A DNA stretch of 64,000 nucleotides. Source: an uncultured Acidobacteriota bacterium (GTDB lineage Bacteria; Acidobacteriota; Thermoanaerobaculia; Gp7-AA8). Below the pieces are notes generated by a model, which saw nothing but the letters and a program-made list of their open reading frames with translations, searched no databases and was not told the origin of the DNA. The stretch is from the NCBI GenBank assembly GCA_963822445.1, contig CAWGHO010000002.1, forward strand, positions 2,112,001-2,176,000, given 5' to 3'. Each line of letters opens with the position of its first letter. Positions within the stretch are counted from its first letter, which is position 1. The position numbers and the translations under genes were made by a program. This document shows positions 21,318 through 31,677 of the stretch, piece by piece.

Positions 21318-23066
21318 CGACGAATCGCGCTCCACGACGGGCTTCGATCCACGCGCAACTTCCACGATGGCGTCGAGAACCTCGCGCACCTCCGGTGCAA
21401 TTTCGTCGTGTGAGACGAACTGAGCGAGTGTGTGATAGTCGCTCTTCCGCATCAAGTTAGGTAGGCCGATCCGCGCGAAGAACTTCGCAAAGACGGGATC
21501 CAGAAAATCGTCACTCGCTTTAATGTCCGCAGAGAATGGCAGCGGCCGACCAAGCGTGGCTAAAGCCGACGAAACCTCATTGATCGATTCAGTCATGGCC
21601 CGCCGGAGGCGATCGCGCTCGGCAACTTCGAATAACGGTCCTGCCATCATTCCACTGGCGTTCGATTCGGCGAATGCTAGTAATGCTCGCTGGGTGGTGA
21701 TGTAGTTCTCGAGTTCGCGTTGCTTCCACATTATCTCGCGAAGCGGCTTTCCCGTTTGCAAGGGTAAATCGACCCGATCAAACAATGCCACGCCGACGAG
21801 ATCTGGTTTTGCTTCCCGAATACCATAGAAGTGATCCCGCGCTTTGGGTGGCTGGTTCGCGACGTAGTGCACGAGTGGGCGATCGAGGATCGTCGCGGCA
21901 GGATGGTCCAAAGCGCGAGCCAGCGCCCGCAATATCGCGAGATCCGTGGAGCCCTCAAGGTAGAGCACCCAGCCGGTAACTTCTGCCTGATAATATTGCT
22001 CGAATCCGATCTCCTTTAACGCCTTCTTTAGTTGGGCGCCGCGATCGTCGATGCGGTGGGGTTTGCCAACAAATGCAACAACCACGTCGCGATCGGCAGC
22101 CTCATTGAGAATGACTTCCGAATGACTAGCCGCGACTATTTGACACCCTTGCTTAGCAGCGATGTCAGTGAGTAACTGGTACATCTCGCGTTGCCGCAGA
22201 ATCTCGAGATGGGCGTCTGGCTCGTCAAGAAGCAAGACGGTCTTCGGGTTTCGATAAATCTGTGCGAGAAGCAGAAGTATTTGCTGAAGGCCGCGGCCGG
22301 CGGATGACAGATCTAATTGGGTTCCTGACCGCTCGCGGTACGTCATGCGAATTTCGCCGCGTTCTGGTATGTATTCCGGCGGATCTAGTTGAATTCCGAA
22401 GAAACGGCGCATGTGGTTCAGCAAACTTGGCCATTGGTGACCGCCATTCTCTTTAAAAACCTCAAAGCATAAGTTCCGCAGAACTTCAGCCGTACGCCCT
22501 TCCCCGATCCTGACATTGATTGCACCGGTGTCAAGGCGGGTTTCTTGTGCAGCAAGACCTGACATCGCAGGAAGGAACACGACGTTCGTGTCGCCTGCCG
22601 CCTCAGGCACTGGCATGCGCTGCGGTGAGCGATCGTTAGTGAGACGTAACGGTCGGCAGTAAAGCGACTCCTCGTTAGCGTAATCGAACTCTAAGCCACA
22701 CTCCCATTCGCCATCGAGCGAGACACCGGAAACGATGATGTCGATACGTACGTTTTGCGTTTGCGTCTTGCCTTCAACCTTCTGGACGTCACGTACGTGA
22801 AGGTCTTTCCAAAGATGGTTCGAGGTCGGCACAGGAAGCGCGACAAGATCTCGACGGTTGATCGTGACACCAGGTCGCTTCTCGGGCGTATCGCGACCAG
22901 AACGCTTTTCGTTCCAGCGCTTTAAGCCGACGTTCCAGAGGGCGAGTGCTTGAAGGGCGGTGGTCTTCCCCGAGTTATTGGGCCCAATAAATACGACTGT
23001 CTGGCCCATCTCGACCTGTACCTCAGCGAGACGTTTGAAGTTGCGTACGGTTAAGCCGGTCAACAT
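21312..23066 (-). CDS. C12: ABC-ATPase + TOPRIM (OLD-like), inverted in the cassette
   Basis: GPNNSGKTT, LDEPDAHL, ASHS, YLEGSTD, ELENY. Confidence 0.85.
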   Translation of the reverse strand: MLTGLTVRNFKRLAEVQVEMGQTVVFIGPNNSGKTTALQALALWNVGLKRWNEKRSGRDTPEKRPGVTINRRDLVALPVPTSNHLWKDLHVRDVQKVEGKTQTQNVRIDIIVSGVSLDGEWECGLEFDYANEESLYCRPLRLTNDRSPQRMPVPEAAGDTNVVFLPAMSGLAAQETRLDTGAINVRIGEGRTAEVLRNLCFEVFKENGGHQWPSLLNHMRRFFGIQLDPPEYIPERGEIRMTYRERSGTQLDLSSAGRGLQQILLLLAQIYRNPKTVLLLDEPDAHLEILRQREMYQLLTDIAAKQGCQIVAASHSEVILNEAADRDVVVAFVGKPHRIDDRGAQLKKALKEIGFEQYYQAEVTGWVLYLEGSTDLAILRALARALDHPAATILDRPLVHYVANQPPKARDHFYGIREAKPDLVGVALFDRVDLPLQTGKPLREIMWKQRELENYITTQRALLAFAESNASGMMAGPLFEVAERDRLRRAMTESINEVSSALATLGRPLPFSADIKASDDFLDPVFAKFFARIGLPNLMRKSDYHTLAQFVSHDEIAPEVREVLDAIVEVARGSKPVVERDSSG

Positions 23067-23127
23067 CTTCTGGTTACCTTACCGCAAAGGCTCGAGCAGA
23101 GTGAAGCTGCCGAGGCGGAGTGACGCG

Positions 23128-23316
23128 GGCTAACTACTGCCAGAAGCTGGCAGCGGGCCGTTCACCGCACCCGGCGGCCGAGCCGCCTACCTCGTCCCGA
23201 GACGCACGGCGTCACGCCGCTTGCAACCGCGCTAAAGTCAAATGCGGCAAGCGGCGTGCCGCGACTGCCCGCCGGCACGCGGGGCCTCGCTGCAGCTTAG
23301 GCGATAGACGTTGGGC
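23128..23316 (+). repeat. attC 12 (family B)
   Basis: GGCTAAC...GTTGGGC. Confidence 0.9.
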
Positions 23317-23510
23317 CGACCTAAGTTCCGCGAACCTGGCGACTCGCCAGGAGGTGAAGCACACCAGCACGGCTCGGTGGGCGAGCGATCGAGCGCCGAC
23401 GGGACTAGCATCCTGTCGGCCGCAGGCCGATAACTCACGCCATCTGAGTCAGTTAGAAACAAACCTCGACCTCACACCAAAAATCGGCACCAGTACAAAC
23501 TCGCATCTGC

Positions 23511-23539
23511 TTGACACTGGTGTCGGGATGTCGTACAAC
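23511..23539 (+). promoter_or_regulatory. Sigma70-type promoter inside C13
   Basis: TTGACA-17 bp-TACAAC, about 95 bp upstream of the DGQHR gene. Confidence 0.6.
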
Positions 23540-23635
23540 ATCTCCGCCTCACGTCCGGCTGATGAACCATCACACCTGTGATCCGCGGTCAACAGGCTCG
23601 AAGGTCAGGTCGGCAACCGGCAGAAAGGTCTCACT

Positions 23636-24796
23636 ATGAACGAAGTACTCGATCGTGCTGTCCCGTCTCGAACCATCGTCGAGATTGTTCCTGACAAGGT
23701 GTACTCCACTTGCATCACGCCGTCAGCTGTGGAAGTCGTTCTTTTCATCTCTACTTACGATACCCAGGACCCGAAGTCGCCCGCTATTAATCAGCATGGA
23801 TACCAGCGGCCTCCCACGGCCACGCGGTTCCCTGAGATTGCTCAGTATTACCGCACTGCAAACAATAGCGATCGGATCCCGCCGCTGCTCATTTCAGTGC
23901 GTCTCAGTGAGCCTGACGAAATCGCGGAGTTTCTCGAACTTTTAGAAGCTGGCTCGTTCGAACGCATCCACGAGCAATTCGGTTCGGATGTCATGAGCGT
24001 CATTGACGGTCAGCACAGAATGCGTGGGCTCACCTACGCCTGGCGACAGGATCCTGCGTTTTCTCCCCCCATTCCGTTGATACTCTATTTCGGTCTTTCA
24101 TTTTCGGAAGAAGCGGAATTGTTCAACACGATCAATGCGACTCAGCGCAAGCTGCCGAAGGCATTGATTGAAACAACTCGTGGCGACATCACCGAAGTGT
24201 CTGACCTAGGGTACTCGCAGTTGATCAGGCGGGTTGCGTTCAGTCTGTGCCGTGATCCGGACTCACCATGGGGTCCGATTGACGGGCAAGAACAAATCAA
24301 CATGACCGGAGTCCGCGACCCGAACCGATCGGTGACCTACGAAGGTCTTCGGCGGTCAACGTCACACATGTTCCCGAGCACGCTACTCGAGCGACTCCGG
24401 AATATCGATCCGAATCTTCCGACGAGTCTTGCAAAGCGCTACTGGAAGGCAGTAAGCGAGGCCTGCACAGAAGCGTGGTCTGGTGAACCATCCGAGATGG
24501 AAGTCATCGATCCGGAGACTGGCGATGCTGTAGTAGTCCCCATCAAGTATCGCCTTAAGGATCTTGTTGGCGTTGCGGCTCTCTCCAAACTCGGTGCGAA
24601 CATCATCCAATCGCAGATCGACGGTAACCAGGCGAACCGACTGGAACAGCTCGCAGCGAAGCTGGCCGACGTCAACTGGGCCAAGGACGCCGCAAACCCG
24701 TGGATGCGTAGCCAGGCCGGTTTTGCGGGCCAGAAGGACTTGTATGAGATGTTATACAGGCTCGTTTATATGGATGAGCGCCCCGACGATAGGTAA
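23636..24796 (+). CDS. C13: DGQHR-domain (DndB/ParB-like) protein
   Basis: GYQRPP, VIDGQHR, ELFNTINATQRKL. Confidence 0.85.
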   Translation: MNEVLDRAVPSRTIVEIVPDKVYSTCITPSAVEVVLFISTYDTQDPKSPAINQHGYQRPPTATRFPEIAQYYRTANNSDRIPPLLISVRLSEPDEIAEFLELLEAGSFERIHEQFGSDVMSVIDGQHRMRGLTYAWRQDPAFSPPIPLILYFGLSFSEEAELFNTINATQRKLPKALIETTRGDITEVSDLGYSQLIRRVAFSLCRDPDSPWGPIDGQEQINMTGVRDPNRSVTYEGLRRSTSHMFPSTLLERLRNIDPNLPTSLAKRYWKAVSEACTEAWSGEPSEMEVIDPETGDAVVVPIKYRLKDLVGVAALSKLGANIIQSQIDGNQANRLEQLAAKLADVNWAKDAANPWMRSQAGFAGQKDLYEMLYRLVYMDERPDDR

Positions 24797-24863
24797 TTAA
24801 ACACAGCCGCGGCTGCACAAGGGGCCGCGGCGTCTCGTCGCAAGAGGATATGTGCCCTCGGCG

Positions 24864-25062
24864 GCCCAACTACTGCCAGCACCTGTCGGCGGGCCGTTCG
24901 CCGCGCCCGGCGGCCGAGCCGCCTGCACCACTCCGAGACGCACGGCGTCACGCCGCTTGCAGATCGCGCCCGCCGACTGAATCGTTAGTTGCGGCAAGCG
25001 CCGCGCCGCTTCCGTCGCTCGCACTCGGGGCCTCGCCGCAGGTGAGGCGATAGACGTTAGCC
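24864..25062 (+). repeat. attC 13 (family B)
   Basis: GCCCAAC...GTTAGCC. Confidence 0.9.
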
Positions 25063-25097
25063 AGACGAAGGCGAATCATGAGAGTTACAATAACGCC

Positions 25098-26423
25098 GTG
25101 GACTTCGCGCGGCAACTCATCGAATTGCTTATCGGGTACGCCGTGCGCTGGCGTACGCGCGGCGGCTTTTTACGAATTGCGGTTGTACTCATTGCAGGAA
25201 CGGCGGTAGTTGCACGCAGCGTCCCGGTCTCTATCATCGTTACTGTGTACGCGTGCGCGGTAGTCGTTGTGTTGTGGGTGGTGATATGGGCCATTGGGTC
25301 GGGCCGGATCCCGATCCCGCGAACCGGCACTACCGTCGTCTTTGCCGTCGATGTGGACGTTGAGGCGGAAAGGAACTTTAGACGCATCTTCGCGATGCTG
25401 AAGACTGAGATCGATTCGCTAGAGCTCACCCAGCCGATCAGGCTACGCCGAATCGCGTCCGACCTAGTGGATAGTAAGCGCGCCGCGGCGGAATACTCAA
25501 AGAACTTCGTGGTGGACCAGGTTGTCTGGGGGACGGCCTTGGCTGGCAAGATTCACAACGAGAAGATTCAGAGCTTTGATATTCGCTATCATCACCGCGT
25601 GTCGGAAGAGCTCGGCCTCGACATTAAGCGTGTAATGGCAGACGTGAAAACGCTTGCATATGGTCGCACATGGAACATAAGAGAAGTAGAGGAGTTGATC
25701 GATGTCCGCGTAGTAGCCGAGGACTTCCTCGAGTTGTCGCTCGGCATTATCGGAATTATGCTCTTTGTCACGGATCAATTGGAGGACGCTGCTGTTGTGT
25801 TCGCCAGGGTGGTCGTCGGACTTGAGCGTCATGCCGGCTTGAACCCTACTGCTGAGCGTCATAGGCAAATCGATCGATTTCGAGAACTCCTGTCCGACGT
25901 GCGCATAACGCTGGCCGTTCAGGCACACGACCGTGATAACCACGAGCAGGCGATCGCGCTTCTCCGCGCTGTCCTTGCGAAAGCTCCTAACGATTTGAAC
26001 GCGCTTACGCTCATGGCGCGCTGCTATTATTATCTGGACAACCGCGCGCGGGCGATTGCCTATACCGAACAGATCCGCAATATTGATCCCCAAAACCCCG
26101 TCGCGCTGTCGAATCTCGCCTTCTTCGCTCTTCTGCAAAAGGACTACGAACGCGCAGGCCAGTGGTATGACGAGTTCATGGCGTCTGACGACGAGAACGC
26201 AGATTATGTCGCATCATCGGCGTCCGAATTTCTGGAGGAGAGGTTCGACGAGAACCCAACCGAGTATGGGTATCTTTACGCGCTCGCAATTCTCAACGAC
26301 CGAACAGATAGTTCACTGATGTGCAGCGATCTCGCGGGTTTCGTCCGAGCGACGGAGGGTGATGCAGCTTACGAACCGTTAAGAACGCGTGCAAAAGCGT
26401 TGCTGGCCAAGAACGCTGGCTAA
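25098..26423 (+). CDS. C14: N-terminal 2TM + TPR protein
   Basis: Two TM helices; TPR-like APNDLNAL and DPQNPVALSNLA. Confidence 0.75.
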   Translation: MDFARQLIELLIGYAVRWRTRGGFLRIAVVLIAGTAVVARSVPVSIIVTVYACAVVVVLWVVIWAIGSGRIPIPRTGTTVVFAVDVDVEAERNFRRIFAMLKTEIDSLELTQPIRLRRIASDLVDSKRAAAEYSKNFVVDQVVWGTALAGKIHNEKIQSFDIRYHHRVSEELGLDIKRVMADVKTLAYGRTWNIREVEELIDVRVVAEDFLELSLGIIGIMLFVTDQLEDAAVVFARVVVGLERHAGLNPTAERHRQIDRFRELLSDVRITLAVQAHDRDNHEQAIALLRAVLAKAPNDLNALTLMARCYYYLDNRARAIAYTEQIRNIDPQNPVALSNLAFFALLQKDYERAGQWYDEFMASDDENADYVASSASEFLEERFDENPTEYGYLYALAILNDRTDSSLMCSDLAGFVRATEGDAAYEPLRTRAKALLAKNAG

Positions 26424-26616
26424 CTACTGCCAGCACCTGTCGGCGGGCCGTTCGCCGCGCCCAGCGGCCGAGCCGCCTAGACCGCTCCGAGACGCACGGC
26501 GTCACACCGCTTGCAGATCGCGCCCGCCGACTGAGTCGTTAGTTGCGGCAAGCGGCGCGCCGCTTGTGCCGCTCGCACTCGGGGCCTCGCCGCAGGTGAG
26601 GCGATAGACGTTAGGC
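26418..26616 (+). repeat. attC 14 (family B)
   Basis: GGCTAAC...GTTAGGC. Confidence 0.9.
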
Positions 26617-26659
26617 GCACGAAAAACAGGGTAGACGTACAATAGCGGCCCTCGGCACC

Positions 26660-27715
26660 ATGGGAAAGAGAATTCTGTTTCAGGGCAGCTACGCTCCTCA
26701 CCGAGGGAAGCGGAGCGAGACGCCCGCGCATCTGCGCATAGCGGAAGAGATCTCTGCGCCGCTCGGCGAAGCTTTGATCGCGGCGGGTTTCGACCTGATT
26801 TTTACAGGGACGAACGTTCTTGAAAAGGTCATCGGAAATGCCGCGCTCGCCGCGTGTAAGCGATTCGGCGAGAACCCTCGCGAACGCGTTCGCACCTACT
26901 TGAGTGATCCCTCGGCCGGTGGCTTCGGTATGGTGTTGGAAGCGATAGGGGATTCGCGCCAAGACGTTCGAACATTCATCGTTCGCGAAGCAGACGCTTT
27001 GATCGCGCTAATCGGCGGAAAAGGAACGCGTGACTGCATTCAGAAGGCCGAGTTGGCTGGGAAACCGCTTTTCCCCATCGCTGTCGCTGGAGGAGGCGCA
27101 CTGGCGGAGTGGCTGCGGCTGAAACGAGAGGGATACCGGCACCGAAACGCGGGGGATATCGACTTTCTGGCTGATCACGGCGCGGCGCCTGGCGATCTTG
27201 CCTCGGCGATAGTTCATCGCTGCAAAGATCTCTTCGCGCCGGCAAGGCCGCGCGTGTCAAACCGCGTCTTTGTTGTTCATGGCCATGATGCAGAACTCAG
27301 GCTCGAGCTGACACGCATGCTGGATAAGCTCGGGCTAGTGCCCGTGATTCTCGGCGAACAGCCAGACCGAGGTCGGACGGTGTTAGGCAAGCTGGTCGAC
27401 GAACTCGCTGACGTCGGCTACGGCATTGTGTTATTGACGCCCGACGACGCAGGACGGAGGAAGGATGCCCGTCGAACGCAACCGCGCGCGCGCCAGAATG
27501 TAATCTTTGAGCACGGCTGGTTGATAGGTGCGCTCGGTACACAACGCGTCTGCGCGATAGTCAAGGGCGGCGTTGAAATTCCGTCTGACCTCGCCGGCGT
27601 CGTTTACAAGAACATTCCTGAGGGTAAAGGCGTCGACGCCATTGCGATCCACATCGTGCAAGAGCTCAAGTCAGCCGGCTACGCAGTCGATGCGAACAAG
27701 CTCCTCGGCGCCTAA
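26660..27715 (+). CDS. C15: SLOG-like domain fused to a CAP12/Pycsar-type TIR-like domain
   Basis: ADALIALIGGKGT...PIAVAGGGA; VFVVHGHD, LLTPDD, RARQNVIFEHGW, EIPSDLAG. Confidence 0.8.
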   Translation: MGKRILFQGSYAPHRGKRSETPAHLRIAEEISAPLGEALIAAGFDLIFTGTNVLEKVIGNAALAACKRFGENPRERVRTYLSDPSAGGFGMVLEAIGDSRQDVRTFIVREADALIALIGGKGTRDCIQKAELAGKPLFPIAVAGGGALAEWLRLKREGYRHRNAGDIDFLADHGAAPGDLASAIVHRCKDLFAPARPRVSNRVFVVHGHDAELRLELTRMLDKLGLVPVILGEQPDRGRTVLGKLVDELADVGYGIVLLTPDDAGRRKDARRTQPRARQNVIFEHGWLIGALGTQRVCAIVKGGVEIPSDLAGVVYKNIPEGKGVDAIAIHIVQELKSAGYAVDANKLLGA

Positions 27716-27896
27716 CTACTGCCCGCAGCTGTCAGCGGCCCGTTTGCCGCGCTCGGGGCTGAAGCCCCTCGATCCATCCGAGATCCACGGCGGCACGCCG
27801 CTCGCAGATCGGTCGACGTCAATCGCGGCGAGCGGCGCGCCGCTCTGCCCGCACGCGCGTGGGGGCTCGCTGCAGCTGAGGCGACAGACGTTAGGC
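27710..27896 (+). repeat. attC 15 (family B)
   Basis: GCCTAAC...GTTAGGC. Confidence 0.9.
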
Positions 27897-27914
27897 GGAT
27901 TACAATATCCGGCC

Positions 27915-28973
27915 ATGGCAACGAAAAGGCACTCGCGACCACCGATGGCTGGCGAATCCGCTCCCACTCCGCCAAGCACTTCGAAGCCAGCCGCACCCTC
28001 AAGCGAGTCAGTTCCTTCTGAGGGCGCTGCCGGATCCCCCGCGCCAGACGTCGCCGCAGGCGAGCCCGACCCCGTAGCTGCGGAACCATCACCGACACCG
28101 GAAGTGTCGTGGCCAACCCTGATCAACGAGGGTACCGAATCGGAAATACGTGGCCGCTTCATCAACGAGGTCAACGACATCATAGCGAAAAGCGACGACC
28201 TGGCCGAGTCAGCGATTCTCGCAATCTTGCGTCCGGACGACAGCATCAACGCGTTCGATCTCGATCAAATCTACGAAGCGTTCATGGACCTTGATCCAGA
28301 TAAATACAAGAACGTCGTCTTGATCCTAATCAGTCGCGGCGGCGAAATCGAGCCAGCGTACCAAATCAGCAAACTATGCAAGACGTTTGCGCGTCAACAC
28401 AAGTTTCTCGTCGTCGTTCCACGTCAGGCCAAATCGGCAGCCACGCTGATTGCACTCGGGGCCGATGAAATTCACATGGGTCCCTTGGGTCAACTCGGAC
28501 CAATCGACCCTCAGATCGGTGGTCTTCCAGCACTTGGCGTATCACAAGCATTGCAAACGATAGCATCACTCGTGCAGCAATACCCGAAGAGTGCAGACAT
28601 GTTTGCCCAGTACCTCAGATTGGCCGTAAAGGTGGAGCACATCGGATATAGCGACCGCGTCACGGCGTCTGCCGTACAGTATGCAGAACGGTTACTATCA
28701 TCGAAGGCGCATCTAACGGCACGAATCCCTGAAATTGCAAAACACCTCGTTTACGCATACAAGGATCATAGCTTCGTCATTGACGCGGAAGAATCACAAC
28801 GGTTACTTGGCACTGAATTGATCAAAATGTGGTCGGCGCTTGAAGGCGCAGCTGAGCAAATCTATTCCGTATTCGATTGGGTCAATCTCTGGTTGCCGTC
28901 GTCTCCGAAAAAGAAGCGTCTTGTTGTTACGGGCGCGTTCAATTGGAATGGTGTGCTGCTGTTCCGCGCGTAA
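27915..28973 (+). CDS. C16: SDH-family ClpP-fold serine protease
   Basis: SRGGE, VPRQAKSAATLIALGADEIHMG, LGPIDPQ; Pro-rich N-terminus. Confidence 0.85.
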   Translation: MATKRHSRPPMAGESAPTPPSTSKPAAPSSESVPSEGAAGSPAPDVAAGEPDPVAAEPSPTPEVSWPTLINEGTESEIRGRFINEVNDIIAKSDDLAESAILAILRPDDSINAFDLDQIYEAFMDLDPDKYKNVVLILISRGGEIEPAYQISKLCKTFARQHKFLVVVPRQAKSAATLIALGADEIHMGPLGQLGPIDPQIGGLPALGVSQALQTIASLVQQYPKSADMFAQYLRLAVKVEHIGYSDRVTASAVQYAERLLSSKAHLTARIPEIAKHLVYAYKDHSFVIDAEESQRLLGTELIKMWSALEGAAEQIYSVFDWVNLWLPSSPKKKRLVVTGAFNWNGVLLFRA

Positions 28974-28975
28974 CC

Positions 28976-29162
28976 GCCTAACTACTGCCAGAAGCTGGCG
29001 GCGGGCCGTTCGCCGCGCCCGGCGGCCGAGCCGCCTACTCGGTCCCGAGATGCGCGGCGTCACGCCGCTTGCAACCGCGTAAACGTCAAATGCGGCAAGC
29101 GGCGTGCCGCTCTGCCCGCCTGCGCGCGGGGCCTCGCCGCAGCTTAGGCGATAACGTTAGGC
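28976..29162 (+). repeat. attC 16 (family B)
   Basis: GCCTAAC...GTTAGGC. Confidence 0.9.
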
Positions 29163-29244
29163 GCACGCAAGAAGCAGTTCCGGGCTTCCGACCGATCTTG
29201 ACGACGTCGTGCCGCAGCAACAGAGCGCATGCTAACGTGGACGC

Positions 29245-30054
29245 ATGATTCTTCTCTACGCTCAAGGCGGTTCGCGAGAGTTCGAGGTGTGTTCTGAGAG
29301 TGCGATCGCACACGACTGGGAAATCATGCGAGAGGCTGCGTGCGAATTCCTCGACAACTCGTCTCAGCGCAATGTCGCCGAGATTCTTCGTCGACTGCCG
29401 TTCTACCCGTACAACGCCAGAAACCCTTTCGGCGATGAGTTTCAGCTCATCCTTGCGAAAGTTGGTGCCGCAGAGTACGCACAGCTATCGTCGCGCATGT
29501 CTGACGACGCATGGAGGACGGACTTCACCTCTGCCGGTAAAGCTCTCCAAACAGTGGGCTTTCCGGTCCGGTTGATTGCCGTCGAGCTCAAGGTTCAACC
29601 AGACGTTTCGGTAGTTAATCGCCCTAAACCAATCGTCACGAGTAGTACCGTGGAACGGGCTCTTCACGACGCGGAGTTGTTGCTCCGAAGTGCGGGTGCA
29701 ACAAGCGCGGTCGATCGTGCTCATACCGCTCTTCACGGGTACCTGAAGGAGCTTTGCGATCGCTCTCAACTGGCTTACACCAAAGATCCTGGCGTAGCCG
29801 AACTCTTCAAACTGCTCCGCGAGAAGCACCCGGCGTTCTCGGAGCCGATCACGCACGATGAAGAAGTGACGCGAATACTTCGCGCGCTTGCGACAGTTCT
29901 CGACTCGGCTAACACACTTCGGAACCGAGCAAGTGTCGCGCACGCAAACGCGGCATTACTCGAAGAGGCTGAAGCCATGTTGGTAATCAACGCGGCGCGA
30001 ACATTTCTCCACTACATTGATGCGAAGGCCGCGTCGCCTGGTGCCGGCGCCTAA
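29245..30054 (+). CDS. C17: abortive-infection C-terminal (Abi_C, HEPN-like) domain protein
   Basis: AVDRAHTALHGYLK...LRNRASVAH...EAMLVIN. Confidence 0.8.
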   Translation: MILLYAQGGSREFEVCSESAIAHDWEIMREAACEFLDNSSQRNVAEILRRLPFYPYNARNPFGDEFQLILAKVGAAEYAQLSSRMSDDAWRTDFTSAGKALQTVGFPVRLIAVELKVQPDVSVVNRPKPIVTSSTVERALHDAELLLRSAGATSAVDRAHTALHGYLKELCDRSQLAYTKDPGVAELFKLLREKHPAFSEPITHDEEVTRILRALATVLDSANTLRNRASVAHANAALLEEAEAMLVINAARTFLHYIDAKAASPGAGA

Positions 30055-30247
30055 CTACTGCCAGCACCTGTCGGCGGGCCGTTCGCCGCGCCCGGCGGCC
30101 GAGCCGCCTAGACCGCTCCGAGACGCACGGCGTCACGCCGCTTGCAGATCGCGCCCGCCGACTGAATCGTTAGTTGCGGCAAGCGGCGCGCCGCTTGCGC
30201 CGCTCGCACTCGGGGCCTCGCCGCAGGTGAGGCGATAGACGTTAGCC
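30049..30247 (+). repeat. attC 17 (family B)
   Basis: GCCTAAC...GTTAGCC. Confidence 0.9.
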
Positions 30248-30558
30248 AGACCGACGGCTTCGCGCCAAGCGCAAATCAGCAAAGGCACCATAAGACATCG
30301 CATTTTGGGCCGAGGCTTACGGCGCGGCAGCGAGGTCAGCATCCCTCGCGACAGGAATCCGTGCAGGATGGGGCGCTCTCGTCGCTCGATGGTTTGAGAT
30401 TGGATTTAAGCACTCTCCTGCAACCGAGGTTCACGAAGCGCACGCAGCAGAATCCGGTCTGATTGTTGATACGGCAGAGCCGTCCGAGACGCGTGCTCGT
30501 CGGGTCGGTTGGATTCGTCCAAATAACGGGGCGTTCAAGTTTCAATGGCATCGTGGCC

Positions 30559-31677
30559 TCACTGGTTGAGACGCGCTTTGTGAGCATCGAGCGCGTTTTT
30601 GATGTTCTTGATCGCGGCACTACGTTGCGCCGCAGATCCGCTCTTGATGACTTCCTGCTCCGCGAGAACTGTGTTAGCTAATGCCAAGAAGGCGTCACGA
30701 CGATCGCCCGTTATGGCGTCGCGTTGCGCCTGCTGACTCGCAGCGGCTTCCAGCTCGCCCGATGACGTCGCCGCCGAAGTCGTCGTCTCTGAGGCCGCGA
30801 ACGTTTTCGTCTTGAGAGGTACACCCGCGAGCTGAGCCGAGAAGACGAGTGCTTGCGTGGTCACCTTCGAGGCGACACGCGCAACTTCGGACGGATCGAA
30901 CGTGACGCCCTTGATAGTAAAGATCCCTGGCGTTTCCATCTTGATGGCAAGATTCATGTCGCCCAAACGCGACCGGCCGAAAGATCGGTCAAAGTCCTCA
31001 TGCCATGACGTATCGTCGGCAGTGACGACGCGGTATGCCTCGGACGACTCGACCAGACCTAAGACCCCAATCAACGCCCGCTGTTCGGCGCGCGCCTTTA
31101 GAAGCAGCTTGCTGCGGAGATCTTCAGCGCGATCGCGAATGTCGGCTCCGAGTCTCTCAACCGTCAGGCTAACCGCACCTTCGGTGTCGCGAGCAATCAT
31201 GTTAATGAAGTTGTCAAGATACCGATCGCGCTCACGCAGACGCGCGACCATCTGCGCCTCTTTCTCCGGGAACGCTTCTTTCGCGTCGATCGCGCGAATC
31301 TCCGCATTTAGCCTTTTTAGGCGTGCGCGCGCTTCGTCGTACGGTGGCTGCAGTGCGATAGCGAAGTCGCCAACGAGACTGTCTGCCATCGCTAGAAGAT
31401 CGGCCTTTTCCTCAGCAACTGTTTTGGTCGCTGCTTCGGTGCGGTATTCCGCGGCGAGACTCTTGTAGAAGTTACGATGGTCATCAAACGCCGCGTCGAG
31501 CACGCCGTCAACAGTGAGATCATTTTGGGCACGAACGAACGGCAAGGCGTCGCGAAGGAGGACTTGGTCGACGTGCGCCTCGACCACTGACGGGTTCACG
31601 ATATCAACGCGCACCGAGAGAGAACTACAGCCGATGAAGGCTGTCGCAATCAGGAAGGAGGCGGCGAGTCTTATCAT
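30559..31677 (-). CDS. C18: putative helical lipoprotein
   Basis: FIGC lipobox; start overlaps the stop of the upstream gene. Confidence 0.75.
   Translation of the reverse strand: MIRLAASFLIATAFIGCSSLSVRVDIVNPSVVEAHVDQVLLRDALPFVRAQNDLTVDGVLDAAFDDHRNFYKSLAAEYRTEAATKTVAEEKADLLAMADSLVGDFAIALQPPYDEARARLKRLNAEIRAIDAKEAFPEKEAQMVARLRERDRYLDNFINMIARDTEGAVSLTVERLGADIRDRAEDLRSKLLLKARAEQRALIGVLGLVESSEAYRVVTADDTSWHEDFDRSFGRSRLGDMNLAIKMETPGIFTIKGVTFDPSEVARVASKVTTQALVFSAQLAGVPLKTKTFAASETTTSAATSSGELEAAASQQAQRDAITGDRRDAFLALANTVLAEQEVIKSGSAAQRSAAIKNIKNALDAHKARLNQ

Noticed and set aside
23555-23635. Hammerhead ribozyme suggested by CTGATGA...GAAA
   Set aside because: GAAA does not directly follow a stem II, and stems I/III could not be formed by eye.
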